From Flavobacteriales bacterium (lineage in GTDB: Bacteria > Bacteroidota > Bacteroidia > Flavobacteriales_G > JALEGO01), in contig JAHDHZ010000007.1 in NCBI GenBank assembly GCA_020631045.1, forward strand, positions 1-62,913: 62,913 nucleotides of DNA, given 5' to 3'. Of this stretch, positions 30,183-40,839 are shown one piece after another. The stretch's first letter is position 1. Each line of letters starts with the position of its first letter. A model generated the notes under the pieces. The model was not told the origin of the DNA and made no database searches. It saw nothing but the letters and a program-made list of their open reading frames with translations. The position numbers and the translations under genes are program-made.

Positions 30183-30399
30183 AGTATTTATTCTTCTTAT
30201 TCGATGTTATCAAGTCTTGATTTCCCCCTTCACGCAAGCTAGTTGTCGGTTTGAACCTACTTGCAGCAATTATGCAATAAAAGCTTTTGAAAAGCATGGT
30301 TTTTTTAAAGGATTTGTTTTAACTTTTAAACGCCTTATTCGTTGTCACCCTTGGGGTGGTTTCGGTTTTGACCCCGTCCCAGAAAAAAAAGATAAATGA
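30166..30399 (+). CDS. yidD: Membrane protein insertion efficiency factor
   Basis: [31 protein letters not shown]; start 30166 or 30175. Confidence 0.93.
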   Translation: MHKMHKVFILLIRCYQVLISPFTQASCRFEPTCSNYAIKAFEKHGFFKGFVLTFKRLIRCHPWGGFGFDPVPEKKDK

Positions 30400-32084
30400 A
30401 ATCAACAACAAAACTTTTTTTAATTATCAGCATTGGCCTGACTTCATTGTTGAGCATTCAAGCCTATAAAGAAGATTTCTTTGAAATCTCTAAAAACCTA
30501 GATATTTTCTCTTCTTTATATAAGAACATAAACATCTATTATGTAGACAATACTAAGCCAGGAGAACTCATGAAAATTGGTATTGATGCTATGCTAGAGT
30601 CTTTAGATCCTTACACCAATTTCATTGCAGAATCTGATATTGAAGATTATAGGTTCATGACTACAGGACAATACGGGGGCATTGGCTCGGTAATTCGTAA
30701 AAAAGACAAATATGTAGTAATTGCTGAACCTTATGAGGATTCTCCGTCTTTAAAAGCTGGTCTTAAAGCAGGCGATAAAATATTAAAAATTGATGGCAAA
30801 GACATCAAAGGTAAAAACGTTTCAGACATCAGCTCTTTTCTAAAAGGTGAACCCAACACAAAAGTATTGCTTGAAATTGATCGAATGGGCTCTGATTCAA
30901 TATTTAATATTGAAGTGATTAGAGAAGAGATTAAAGTCAAAGATGTTCCTTATCATGGTTTAGTGAGCCCCAAAACAGGATACATTAAACTCAACAGTTT
31001 TACCCAAACTGCATCAAAAGAAGTAAGTAATGCCTTTCAAGAACTTAAAGATGACCACCAAATTGAAAACCTTATTTTAGACCTCAGAGGAAACGGCGGA
31101 GGCCTTTTAAGAGAAGCTGTGAACATTGTAAATCTTTTTGTTAAAAAAGGCACTAAAGTGGTTGAAACTAGAGGTAAAATAAAAGATTGGGATAGAATTC
31201 ATAAAACCTCTAATGAAGCCCTTGATCAAGATATTAAGTTGGCTATTTTGACTGATGGAGGATCTGCTTCTGCTTCTGAAATTGTTTCAGGAGCCATACA
31301 AGATTTAGATCGTGGCATAGTCGTGGGCGATCGCACTTACGGAAAGGGGCTTGTTCAGCAAACCTTTGATGTATCTTACAATTCTAAAGTGAAAGTTACA
31401 GTTGCTAAATATTATATCCCTAGCGGAAGGTGTATTCAGCGCCTAGATTATTCAAATAAAGATGCTAAAGGCAAAGCCATCCAGGTAGCTGACTCTTTAA
31501 CTCAAGAGTTTAAAACCACTAAAGGCAGAGTAGTTAAAGACGGAGCGGGTATAGCACCAGATATTTTTGTTGAAAAACCTGAAATTGCAGAGCTCATAAT
31601 TACTTTAATGCGTAAAAATATTTTCTTTGATTACGCAACAGATTTTGTTTTAAAAAACTCATCTATTGCCAAAGCAGATCAGTTTCAAATAACTGATGAG
31701 CAGTACCAAGATTTTGTAGCCTACGCCAAACAAAAGGGGTTAGATTATGAAACAAAACTTGAAAAAGAATTACACAAGCTAGAAAAAATTTCTGAAAAAC
31801 AAGCTGATCAGCATATTGTAAAAGACATACAAGATTTAAAAAACCACATAGCTGACCAGAAAGAAAAAGACTTTACCACATATAAAAGCTTTATTCAAAG
31901 AGTATTAGAACAAGAAATTGTCTCAAGATACTACTATCAAAGTGGTAAAGTACAAAATGCCTTGAGCAAAGATGAAGATGTTTTAAAAGCCATTGAAATC
32001 TTGAATGATGCGGCTCAATATAGCGCTATTTTTGAACCAAGCTATTTGCCTAATTTCCCAAAAGAAGTTTTAGAAGATGAATAA
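30396..32084 (+). CDS. S41 C-terminal processing peptidase (CtpA/Prc-like)
   Basis: [39 protein letters not shown]. Confidence 0.93.
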   Translation: MKSTTKLFLIISIGLTSLLSIQAYKEDFFEISKNLDIFSSLYKNINIYYVDNTKPGELMKIGIDAMLESLDPYTNFIAESDIEDYRFMTTGQYGGIGSVIRKKDKYVVIAEPYEDSPSLKAGLKAGDKILKIDGKDIKGKNVSDISSFLKGEPNTKVLLEIDRMGSDSIFNIEVIREEIKVKDVPYHGLVSPKTGYIKLNSFTQTASKEVSNAFQELKDDHQIENLILDLRGNGGGLLREAVNIVNLFVKKGTKVVETRGKIKDWDRIHKTSNEALDQDIKLAILTDGGSASASEIVSGAIQDLDRGIVVGDRTYGKGLVQQTFDVSYNSKVKVTVAKYYIPSGRCIQRLDYSNKDAKGKAIQVADSLTQEFKTTKGRVVKDGAGIAPDIFVEKPEIAELIITLMRKNIFFDYATDFVLKNSSIAKADQFQITDEQYQDFVAYAKQKGLDYETKLEKELHKLEKISEKQADQHIVKDIQDLKNHIADQKEKDFTTYKSFIQRVLEQEIVSRYYYQSGKVQNALSKDEDVLKAIEILNDAAQYSAIFEPSYLPNFPKEVLEDE

Positions 32085-34452
32085 TCTAAAGTTTTTTACA
32101 TGCCTAATTTTATGTGCTCTTTCGTCTTCTTGGCTTATGAGTCAAGAATATCACAGAACTAAGGTATGTTTTAAAAATATCGAAGAGCAGCAAAATTTGC
32201 ATAATTTAGGCATTTGCCTTGATCATTATAAAAAAGAAAAAGGCTGCATTGTCACAGACTTTTCAGATTTTGAACTTCAACAATTATCTAAAATTGGTAT
32301 TGATTATGAGATTGAAATTTATGATGTTGTATCTCATTACAAAACACAAAATAACACTACACAACAGCTTTTATCAACTAGTTCTTTAAATTGTAATTCG
32401 ATAGGTTCTATAGATGTAAATTCCAAGTATAACACTCCTACAGGATTTGCTTTAGGGAGTATAGGAGGATTTTTTACGTACCAAGAGTTTTTAGCCCATT
32501 TAGATACCATGCATGCAAGATTTCCTCACTTAATCACAGCAAAAACTCCTATTGATACATTTTTAACGCATGAGAATAGACCAATTTATCAAGTTAAAAT
32601 TTCAGATCAACCAACCAATAGTGAAGCAGAGCCTCAAGTTTTGTATACAGCCTTGCACCATGCAAGAGAACCAGCAGGACTCTCTCAATTGATTTTTTTC
32701 ATGTATTATCTATTAGAAAATTATGACCAAAACCCAAAAATAAAAGCTCTGATTGACAATACTGAGCTTTATTTTGTGCCCATGATTAATCCTGATGGCT
32801 ACATCTTTAATCAAACCAATGAGCCAAGCGGAGGAGGCCTATGGCGTAAAAATAGAAGAGACAATCTCGATGGAACTTATGGTGTTGATTTAAATCGAAA
32901 CTATAGTTATCAGTGGGGTGGATCGGGAGCCTCTTCAAATACAAATTCTGATGTGTATCACGGCCCAACTCCTTTTTCTGAGCCTGAGACTCAAGCCATC
33001 AAACACATAGTCGAGAATCATAATTTTAAATTTGCTTTAAACTACCATACTTTTAGTGACTTATTGCTTTTTCCGTTTGGATATGAACAAAATGTCTTCT
33101 CTGATGATCACACTTATTTTCAAGATTTTACAACACCAATGGTCAGAGAAAATAACTATGCCAACATTATGGCCTCAGAGCTCTACCCTGCGGCTGGTGA
33201 TTCAGATGATTGGTTTTATGCCGACTCATTGAAACCTAAGGTTTTTGCACTCACTCCAGAAGTTGGCTCTGCTAACGAAGGTTTTTGGCCTCCATCTTCA
33301 AACATTATACAGCTATGCAAAGAAAATGTTCAAGCGAACATCATTCTTACAGAGTTGGTACATGATTATCACGATTTAATCAAGCATAAAGCTGAGTTGA
33401 TCACTCAAGATACACTTTTGCTATCACTCTTCTCTCAGCGTTTGGGCCTTGATTCTAATCTAGTGCATCTTACCATAAGTGCTGTTTCACCTAATATTCA
33501 AAGTATTAGCACAGATTCTATTTTACTTGATTTAGCCGTTCAAGAAATTAAAGAAGATTCTTTTCTGGTCGCTTTTAATTCTTTAGGAGGCTTTCAAGAC
33601 ACACTTGAATTTTTAGTAGAATATCACTACCCTTTCTATTCAAATGCTCAAACCATTCAAATCATTACTCAGCCTGCTCCTGAATTGATTGAATACCAGA
33701 ATTCTATTGTGTCAAATTCAGACTGGAATGGCAACTGGGACATTAGTAATGAAACTTTTGTAAGTGCAGACTTCTCTTTAACAGACTCTCCTTTTTCTGA
33801 ATATCAAAATCAAAGCACTTCAATTTGCTCATTGAGCCAAAATTTTGATTTAAGCACTGCAAGTTTCGCTCAAGTTCATTTTTGGGCAAAATGGGACATT
33901 GAAAATGATTATGATTATGTTGTATTTGAAGTCTTTGATCAAAATACTTGGACGCCACTTTGTGGCAACTATACCAATGCGGGTACTAATGATCAAATAG
34001 TTGATGCGCCTTTGTATGATGGAACACAAGACTGGATTTATGAATCAGTTGATTTGAGCGCATACTATGGAATTGAAAACATTCAATTTCGTTTTAGACT
34101 AGAGTCTGACAATTTTGTCACCGCAGACGGATTCTATGTTGATGATTTTACTGTGTTCATTCAAAGTGATTCTCTTACAACTTCTTTAAACCAACTGACA
34201 GCTGGCAAATCAGCTTTTAAGGTATTTCCTAATCCAAGTAATGGGCAAATCAATCTTTTATCAACAAACAAAGATCTTGTGAAAGCACAGATAACATTAA
34301 TGAACACACAAAGACAAGTTGTGTTTGATCAATCAGTGCAATTCAACCAAAATCAGGCATTTCAACTAAATAAAACTCTGTCACCTGGGGTTTATTTTTT
34401 AAGCATCCAGCAGGCAAATATGACAGAGATTAAAAAATTAGTTGTTCAATAA
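32077..34452 (+). CDS. M14 zinc carboxypeptidase (carboxypeptidase T-like) with type-A T9SS CTD
   Basis: HHAREP, NPDG, WRKNRR, GVDLNRN, FSEPE, NYHTF; CTD VFPNPS...LSPGVYFL...KKLVVQ. Confidence 0.92.
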   Translation: MNNLKFFTCLILCALSSSWLMSQEYHRTKVCFKNIEEQQNLHNLGICLDHYKKEKGCIVTDFSDFELQQLSKIGIDYEIEIYDVVSHYKTQNNTTQQLLSTSSLNCNSIGSIDVNSKYNTPTGFALGSIGGFFTYQEFLAHLDTMHARFPHLITAKTPIDTFLTHENRPIYQVKISDQPTNSEAEPQVLYTALHHAREPAGLSQLIFFMYYLLENYDQNPKIKALIDNTELYFVPMINPDGYIFNQTNEPSGGGLWRKNRRDNLDGTYGVDLNRNYSYQWGGSGASSNTNSDVYHGPTPFSEPETQAIKHIVENHNFKFALNYHTFSDLLLFPFGYEQNVFSDDHTYFQDFTTPMVRENNYANIMASELYPAAGDSDDWFYADSLKPKVFALTPEVGSANEGFWPPSSNIIQLCKENVQANIILTELVHDYHDLIKHKAELITQDTLLLSLFSQRLGLDSNLVHLTISAVSPNIQSISTDSILLDLAVQEIKEDSFLVAFNSLGGFQDTLEFLVEYHYPFYSNAQTIQIITQPAPELIEYQNSIVSNSDWNGNWDISNETFVSADFSLTDSPFSEYQNQSTSICSLSQNFDLSTASFAQVHFWAKWDIENDYDYVVFEVFDQNTWTPLCGNYTNAGTNDQIVDAPLYDGTQDWIYESVDLSAYYGIENIQFRFRLESDNFVTADGFYVDDFTVFIQSDSLTTSLNQLTAGKSAFKVFPNPSNGQINLLSTNKDLVKAQITLMNTQRQVVFDQSVQFNQNQAFQLNKTLSPGVYFLSIQQANMTEIKKLVVQ

Positions 34453-36459
34453 CTCTTTGATTTCTTTCATCTCGTCTCTTGCCTGAGCTGCTTGAATAAA
34501 ATCAAGCTCTTTTGCAGCCTTTTTCATACGTTTCTCAGCGAGTTTTAAACGCTGTTGTAATTCTTTTTGAGTTAGCTTAGAAAGTTCTTTTTCTGCGACT
34601 TGAACCTCTTTTTGACTTAGCTCTACTTTGATTTGATCCATCACCTTAGGAGCATCTACAACATGAGTTTGTTTTAAAATAGCTGTTTTGTCTTTTTGCA
34701 AGGGCTGTGGAGTGATACCGTGTCTTTTATTGTAAGCCATTTGAATGCTTCTTCTCCTGGCTGTCTCATCCATTGTTTTTTGAATTGAATCAGTAATTTT
34801 ATCTGCATATAAAATGGCCTTACCTTTTACATTTCTTGCTGCCCGACCAATGGTTTGGGTAAGTGATCTATGATTTCTTAAAAACCCTTCTTTGTCTGCA
34901 TCTAAGATTGCTACCAAAGAAACCTCTGGTAGGTCAAGCCCTTCTCTTAATAGGTTGATGCCTATCAACACATCAAACACTCCCATTCTCAAATCTCTTA
35001 ATATTTCAACACGCTCGATGGTATCGACCTCAGAATGAATGTACCTGCAATGAATGTTGAGCTCTGTCATATATTTGGCTAGCTCTTCAGACATTCTTTT
35101 GGTCAAAGTAGTAACCAGCACACGCTCTCTAAGCTTAACACGTTTTGCAACCTCTTCAAGTAAATCGTCTACCTGAGTCTCCACTCCTCTGATTTCTATC
35201 TCTGGGTCTAAAAGGCCTGTTGGGCGAATGACTTGCTCTACTAGTAACCCTTCAGACTGTTTGAGCTCATAATCTGCAGGAGTAGCACTAATGTATATGG
35301 CCTGACCGATTAAAGATTCAAATTCATCAAATTTTAACGGACGATTGTCCATGGCTGAAGGCAACCTAAAACCGTATTGAACCAAATTTTCTTTTCTTGA
35401 TCGATCACCACCATACATGGCTCTTACTTGCGGGATGGTCACGTGAGATTCATCCACCATCAACAAAAAATCATCTTCAAAATAATCAATCAAACAGAAA
35501 GGACGGTCTCCTTGCTTTCTTCCGTCAAAATATCTTGAATAATTTTCAATGCCAGAACAATAACCCAATTCTCTTAACATTTCAAGATCATAACTCACAC
35601 GATCTTCAATACGCTTGGCCTCTAGATTCATACCCAAATCTTTAAAGTACTGAGCTTGCTTAACCATGTCTTCACCAATTTGATAAAGTGAATTTTGAAG
35701 GGTCTCTTTGGTGGTTACAAAGATGTTTGCGGGATAAATTTTAAGCTGATCAAATACATCTAACTTATGGCCATTTACCGGATCAAAAGTGTAGATCTCT
35801 TCAATCTCATCTCCGAAAAAAATGATGCGCAAAGCATAATCAGCATAGGCTAAAAAAACATCGATCGTATCTCCTTTCACTCTAAAGGTTCCTCTTTTAA
35901 AATCACCTTGAGTTCGAGCATACAAACTACCCACTAAGTCTAAAAGAAATGCATTTCTTGAACGGTGTTCGCCTTTTTGTACGGTGATGATGTTTTCATT
36001 AAAATCATCAGGATTGCCCATACCATAAATACAAGAAACTGAAGAAACAACAATGACATCCCTTCTACCTGACAACAAAGCCGAGGTGGCGCTCAATCTT
36101 AGTTTTTCAATTTCTTCATTGATGTTTAAGTCTTTTTCAATGTAGGTGTCACTGGTTGGTAAATACGCCTCAGGCTGATAGTAATCATAATAAGAAACAA
36201 AATACTCAACAGCATTTTCAGGAAAAAACTGCTTAAACTCTCCGTAAAGCTGAGCGGCGAGGGTTTTGTTGTGCGATAAAATCAAGGTAGGGCGGTTTGC
36301 TTTGGCAATCACATTGGCAGCTGTAAAGGTCTTTCCTGATCCTGTTACCCCTAAGAGGGTCTGCGCCTGAACATTTAAATCTAAGCCTTTTACTAAAGAC
36401 TCTATTGCAGCAGGCTGATCACCCGTGGGTGAGAAAGGAGCGTGTAACTTGAATTCCAT
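34438..36459 (-). CDS. uvrB: Excinuclease ABC subunit B
   Basis: GDQP, GVTGSGKT, YYDYYQPEAY, DESH, QTIGRAARN, C-terminal UVR domain. Confidence 0.98.
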   Translation of the reverse strand: MEFKLHAPFSPTGDQPAAIESLVKGLDLNVQAQTLLGVTGSGKTFTAANVIAKANRPTLILSHNKTLAAQLYGEFKQFFPENAVEYFVSYYDYYQPEAYLPTSDTYIEKDLNINEEIEKLRLSATSALLSGRRDVIVVSSVSCIYGMGNPDDFNENIITVQKGEHRSRNAFLLDLVGSLYARTQGDFKRGTFRVKGDTIDVFLAYADYALRIIFFGDEIEEIYTFDPVNGHKLDVFDQLKIYPANIFVTTKETLQNSLYQIGEDMVKQAQYFKDLGMNLEAKRIEDRVSYDLEMLRELGYCSGIENYSRYFDGRKQGDRPFCLIDYFEDDFLLMVDESHVTIPQVRAMYGGDRSRKENLVQYGFRLPSAMDNRPLKFDEFESLIGQAIYISATPADYELKQSEGLLVEQVIRPTGLLDPEIEIRGVETQVDDLLEEVAKRVKLRERVLVTTLTKRMSEELAKYMTELNIHCRYIHSEVDTIERVEILRDLRMGVFDVLIGINLLREGLDLPEVSLVAILDADKEGFLRNHRSLTQTIGRAARNVKGKAILYADKITDSIQKTMDETARRRSIQMAYNKRHGITPQPLQKDKTAILKQTHVVDAPKVMDQIKVELSQKEVQVAEKELSKLTQKELQQRLKLAEKRMKKAAKELDFIQAAQARDEMKEIKELLNN

Positions 36460-36470
36460 ACTTAGTTATT

Positions 36471-36478
36471 CAAATTTA
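36471..36478 (-). promoter_or_regulatory. -7 box for uvrB
   Basis: TAAATTTG 11 nt upstream of ATG. Confidence 0.6.
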
Positions 36479-36523
36479 TAAACAAAAAACTGCATACTGT
36501 ACTGCTTTTGCTATATTTAGAAT

Positions 36524-37528
36524 GTGTATTCAATCGTTAAAAAATTTCTGTTTCTATTCAGTCCAGAAAGGGCACATCAGCATGCAAGTAAGTTAAGTAC
36601 TCTGATGGTTAAGAGTCCTTTTAAAAAAATCTTTTTTAAAGGTGTGAAAACCAATCCTACCAAATTGATGGGACTGGAGTTTAAAAATAAAATTGGGCTT
36701 GCAGCCGGATTTGATAAAAATGCCGACATGCTTGATTGGCTCTCAGAAGTGGGTTTTGGGTTCATTGAAGTAGGTACCATTACGCCTAAGCCTCAAATGG
36801 GCAACCCCAAACCCAGATTGTTTCGATTGCCCAAAGATGAAGCTCTAATCAATAGAATGGGATTCAACAATAAAGGAGTTGAATACATGGTTGAAAACCT
36901 AAAAAAACACAAGCACAAGCTCATTATTGGCGGAAACATTGGTAAAAACAAACATACCCCTAACGATCAAGCATTTGAAGATTATACAACCTGTTTTGAA
37001 GCGCTTTTCAACCATGTTGATTATTTCTGCATCAATGTGAGCTCTCCCAACACAAAAGACCTCAGAGCACTTCAAGACAAAGAACCTTTAAATCATTTAT
37101 TAAGTCATATTCAAAATCTCAATCATCAAAAAGCTCAACCCAAACCCATATTGCTGAAAATCGCGCCCGATTTAAACCCCCAACAAATCAAAGAAATTTG
37201 CGAGGTGGTCAAAACCAATAATATTCAAGGCATTATTTGTTCTAATACGACCATTGATCGATCTAACTTAAGTACACCTAAAAGTCAGATTGAGTACATC
37301 GGCGCGGGTGGATTGAGCGGAAAACCTTTAATATCTAAATCAAATGAAGTCTTAAAACGTGTACGCAAATACCTGCCAAAGCCTTATACTATTATTGCTG
37401 TAGGAGGTATTCACAGTGTTGAAGATGCGCAAGAAAAAATTGCCTTAGGGGCTGATTTACTTCAAGTTTATACAGGTTTTATTTATAAAGGTCCTGGGCT
37501 GATTCAAGAACTATCAAAACATGTCTAG
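36524..37528 (+). CDS. pyrD: Quinone-dependent dihydroorotate dehydrogenase
   Basis: GLAAGFDKN, INRMGFNN, NIGKNK, NVSSPNT, KIAPDL, GGLSG. Confidence 0.96.
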   Translation: MYSIVKKFLFLFSPERAHQHASKLSTLMVKSPFKKIFFKGVKTNPTKLMGLEFKNKIGLAAGFDKNADMLDWLSEVGFGFIEVGTITPKPQMGNPKPRLFRLPKDEALINRMGFNNKGVEYMVENLKKHKHKLIIGGNIGKNKHTPNDQAFEDYTTCFEALFNHVDYFCINVSSPNTKDLRALQDKEPLNHLLSHIQNLNHQKAQPKPILLKIAPDLNPQQIKEICEVVKTNNIQGIICSNTTIDRSNLSTPKSQIEYIGAGGLSGKPLISKSNEVLKRVRKYLPKPYTIIAVGGIHSVEDAQEKIALGADLLQVYTGFIYKGPGLIQELSKHV

Positions 37529-38534
37529 TCACAAAATTGACATATTCAACACAGGACTTATGCTTTTTGCATTTGTCTTAGCGATACAACTGCCTTTTAA
37601 ACTTTTTTTATTTGCTTATGCTGTATTGGGCCCCTTGCACTATTTAACCGAAATTCATTGGCTTGATCAAAAAAATTACTTTTCAAATACCAAGAAATCT
37701 ATTTGGGGGCTTGTGCTGCTTAGCATTTTGATTTGCTTGGCTCCTTGCTTAAATGCTTTGGCTAGTCTTTCTATTTTTTCTTTTTTAAAACCACTTTTAA
37801 GTACAGATTTTATACAGTTTTTATTTCGGCACTCGAGTTCTTTTTTATTTGTTGGATTTCTATTGGCTATACTGGCTCACCAGCTTCAAAAGCCTTCTCA
37901 AATTGCAACAGGTTTTGCTCTATTTTGCCTAATGGCTTTGCTGCTTCACCAATCTGCTTTTTATGTCACACTATTCGGTGTTTTGTTGCCCACCGTGATT
38001 CATGTTTTTGTTTTTACACTGCTTTTTATGTGGTATGGAGCCTTAAAAAGTAAGAGCTTTATGGGCAAACTAAATGTGTGTTTGTTGATTGTTTTGAGTT
38101 TTTTGATTAGCAAATTAGACATCCACCCCAAAAGTATTGCCTTGAGCTCAGAGGTAAAACAAAATTTTATTGATTCATCATTCATTCATGTTCACAGGGG
38201 GTTTGCCGAATTTTTCAACATCAATAACTTTAACAACAAACAATACATTCTGCTCTCGACAAATGGTATTAAAATTCAAATCTTCTTGGCCTTTGCCTAT
38301 ACTTATCACTACTTAAACTGGTTTTCAAAAACATCAATCATCAAATGGCATAAAATCAAACGCTCTGGCCTAATGATTACACTTGCTCTTTGGGCTTGTT
38401 CTGTAATCTTATACTACATCAATTATAAACTTGGGTTTATGGCTTTGTTGTTTTTGAGCATGTTGCACGTATTTTTAGAATTTCCGTTGAATGTGATGAG
38501 CATTAAATCCATTTTCAAACACTACTTAAAATGA
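37521..38534 (+). CDS. Multi-pass membrane protein of unknown function with His motifs
   Basis: About 8-9 hydrophobic segments; LGPLHYLTEI, PTVIHV, YTYHYLNW, LHVFLEFPLN. Confidence 0.7.
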   Translation: MSSHKIDIFNTGLMLFAFVLAIQLPFKLFLFAYAVLGPLHYLTEIHWLDQKNYFSNTKKSIWGLVLLSILICLAPCLNALASLSIFSFLKPLLSTDFIQFLFRHSSSFLFVGFLLAILAHQLQKPSQIATGFALFCLMALLLHQSAFYVTLFGVLLPTVIHVFVFTLLFMWYGALKSKSFMGKLNVCLLIVLSFLISKLDIHPKSIALSSEVKQNFIDSSFIHVHRGFAEFFNINNFNNKQYILLSTNGIKIQIFLAFAYTYHYLNWFSKTSIIKWHKIKRSGLMITLALWACSVILYYINYKLGFMALLFLSMLHVFLEFPLNVMSIKSIFKHYLK

Positions 38535-40777
38535 ACCGACTTGTCGCTGTATTTTCTTGTGCTCTTTTCATGTACTTGAACGGTTCAGGACAAGAGATTT
38601 GCAACAATGGCATTGATGATGATTTTGATCAATTGATTGACTACAACGATTCGCTTGATTGTACTTGTGATGGGTTTATTGATTTCTCAATGCCCAATTT
38701 AATTGAAAATGCCTCGTTTGAGTTGAATTCTAAATGTCCTGGTTTTTTTGCCGAATCAGACTCGATCTTATCTTGGTTTCAGAGCAACAGTGTTGATTAT
38801 TATCACAATTGTGGATTCAATGACCCAACACCTACGTTTTCAAACCCTGCTCCTTTTACTGATGGAGATGGTATTGTTGGTATTTGGAATGTTTTTTCTT
38901 CACCTTCAGTTCGAAAAGAATACATTTCAACTTGTCTGAATGCTCCGCTCATGGCGGGTGAGGAGTATATTTTTTCATTGTGGGTGAATTTCAGCACTTC
39001 TCAAACGGCTGGAGTGGCTGCTGATTTTGAGCTTACCATCTTTGGGGCTACAAATTGCAGTTCATTGCCCATCAATACCTCCTCAGTAATTGCTTGTCCT
39101 AGTGCAATTAATAGTGATTGGCAAATCGTGCATACCGAAAATCTAGTTTATCAAAGTGGGTGGAATGAGTATGTATTTGAATTTATACCTAATGCTGACT
39201 TTACAGCCATCAGTATTGGACCCAATTGCGCTGTTCCTTCAAGTGCAGAAGACGGATATTACTTTTTAGATGATCTTAAACTGATTAAAAAAGAAACCTC
39301 TTCAAAGGTAAGTATTGTAAAAAATGGATCTACGTGTTTAGACAATGTAGTACTTCAAGCTCAAGCAGACACAAATCTTGCACTGCAGTGGTATGAAAAT
39401 GGCCTTGCACTTGTGGGCCAAGAAAATATGAGTTTTACTCCTGCTGAATATAATGGTGAACAAGAATATCAAGTGCGCTTGGGTACAGACAGCAGTTGCG
39501 GGCTTTCAAATGGGCTGTTCACTTCACAAGATTCAATCTCTTTTTTGTTAGATAAGCAAGGTGCTACCTGTTTTGACTCATCAAACGGAAGTTTAGAAAT
39601 TACAGTCACTCATGGAGCAGCTCCATATCAGTATTTAGTTGGATCAAACTTTCAAAACACGCCCCTATTTAATAATTTATCTGCCACAAACTATTTGGTT
39701 ATTGTCAACGACTCTTTAGGATGCAAAGACACCCAAAACATTGAAATTAATCGGCCTGAAAAACTGATGATTTCAACAAGTTCAGTACTATGTATAGACA
39801 GTACAGAAGGATCAATTACCTCTCAAGCTCAGGGTGGAAATATGCCCTATCAATTTTTTTGGAACAATTCCTCTACACCTTCTGATACCTTTGTGTATCA
39901 ACTCACAGGCACGAGCTCCCAAGTTGATCTCTATGCTCAAGATAGTAATGCCTGTCTTTCAGATACCTTAACAATAGATCTGTTATTAAATCCTAAATCT
40001 GATTTTAATCTTTCAGACACCTTGGGTTGTAAACCTTTATGTATTTCTACTGAGCTGATTGAAGATTCTTTAAGCTCTATCAGTATTTATAGGTGGAACT
40101 TCGATCAAAACGTGATCAATGATAGCAATATAACCCATTGTTTTCAAGACACAGGAACCTTCGATGTCACCCTCATCTCAATTGCAACAAACTCCTGCAC
40201 AGATACCCTAACCAAACAACTGGTCATATTGCCTATCCCTCGCGCAGCCTTTAGCGTTGAACCCTCAAATGAAATTACAGGGCTTTCTTCTGTTTATTTT
40301 CAAAACAGCTCTGAATTTGCCGATAGTTTTCTTTGGTCTTATGAAGGCCTTAATTCAACTCAAGAAAGCCTATCTCATCAATTCAACAACTATGCAACCT
40401 ACACCATTGGGTTAAAAGCAATTTCTAGTGCGGGCTGTGCAGATTCAACCACCCAAAATTTAACCGTCAAAGACTTTGCAAAGATCTACATCCCAACTGC
40501 TTTTACCCCATCTTCTATTCAATTCAATAATACTGATACGATGAACAATAACTTTAAGGTCGTTCACAGGCTTAAAAACATTAGCCAAGAAAAAATTGAA
40601 ATCTTTAATCGGTGGGGAGGGCTGGTATTTCAAGCCAATAAAATTGATGCTCCTTGGAATGGTAAATATCAGGGAGTTGAACAACCTTCTGGAATATATC
40701 TATTAAAGGTATCTTACATTGACAACAATTTATTTCAAGTCAAAGAAATTCATCGTAAAGTAGTGCTGATTAGATAA
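38531..40777 (+). CDS. Secreted adhesin-like protein (beta-sandwich, SprB-like and PKD repeats) with type-B T9SS CTD
   Basis: EICNNGIDDD motif; LIENASFE domain; IPTAFTP..IFNRWG..WNGKY..GIY. Confidence 0.88.
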   Translation: MNRLVAVFSCALFMYLNGSGQEICNNGIDDDFDQLIDYNDSLDCTCDGFIDFSMPNLIENASFELNSKCPGFFAESDSILSWFQSNSVDYYHNCGFNDPTPTFSNPAPFTDGDGIVGIWNVFSSPSVRKEYISTCLNAPLMAGEEYIFSLWVNFSTSQTAGVAADFELTIFGATNCSSLPINTSSVIACPSAINSDWQIVHTENLVYQSGWNEYVFEFIPNADFTAISIGPNCAVPSSAEDGYYFLDDLKLIKKETSSKVSIVKNGSTCLDNVVLQAQADTNLALQWYENGLALVGQENMSFTPAEYNGEQEYQVRLGTDSSCGLSNGLFTSQDSISFLLDKQGATCFDSSNGSLEITVTHGAAPYQYLVGSNFQNTPLFNNLSATNYLVIVNDSLGCKDTQNIEINRPEKLMISTSSVLCIDSTEGSITSQAQGGNMPYQFFWNNSSTPSDTFVYQLTGTSSQVDLYAQDSNACLSDTLTIDLLLNPKSDFNLSDTLGCKPLCISTELIEDSLSSISIYRWNFDQNVINDSNITHCFQDTGTFDVTLISIATNSCTDTLTKQLVILPIPRAAFSVEPSNEITGLSSVYFQNSSEFADSFLWSYEGLNSTQESLSHQFNNYATYTIGLKAISSAGCADSTTQNLTVKDFAKIYIPTAFTPSSIQFNNTDTMNNNFKVVHRLKNISQEKIEIFNRWGGLVFQANKIDAPWNGKYQGVEQPSGIYLLKVSYIDNNLFQVKEIHRKVVLIR

Positions 40778-40798
40778 ATTCATCTAAACAACTGTTTA

Positions 40799-40823
40799 GC
40801 AACCTTTTGCTTTTTTACGCGTT
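40799..40823 (+). promoter_or_regulatory. Possible ECF-sigma promoter
   Basis: GCAAC-N16-CGTT upstream of ATG 40840; no TAnnTTTG in this spacer. Confidence 0.35.
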
Positions 40824-40839
40824 AAACGTGTAACAACAA

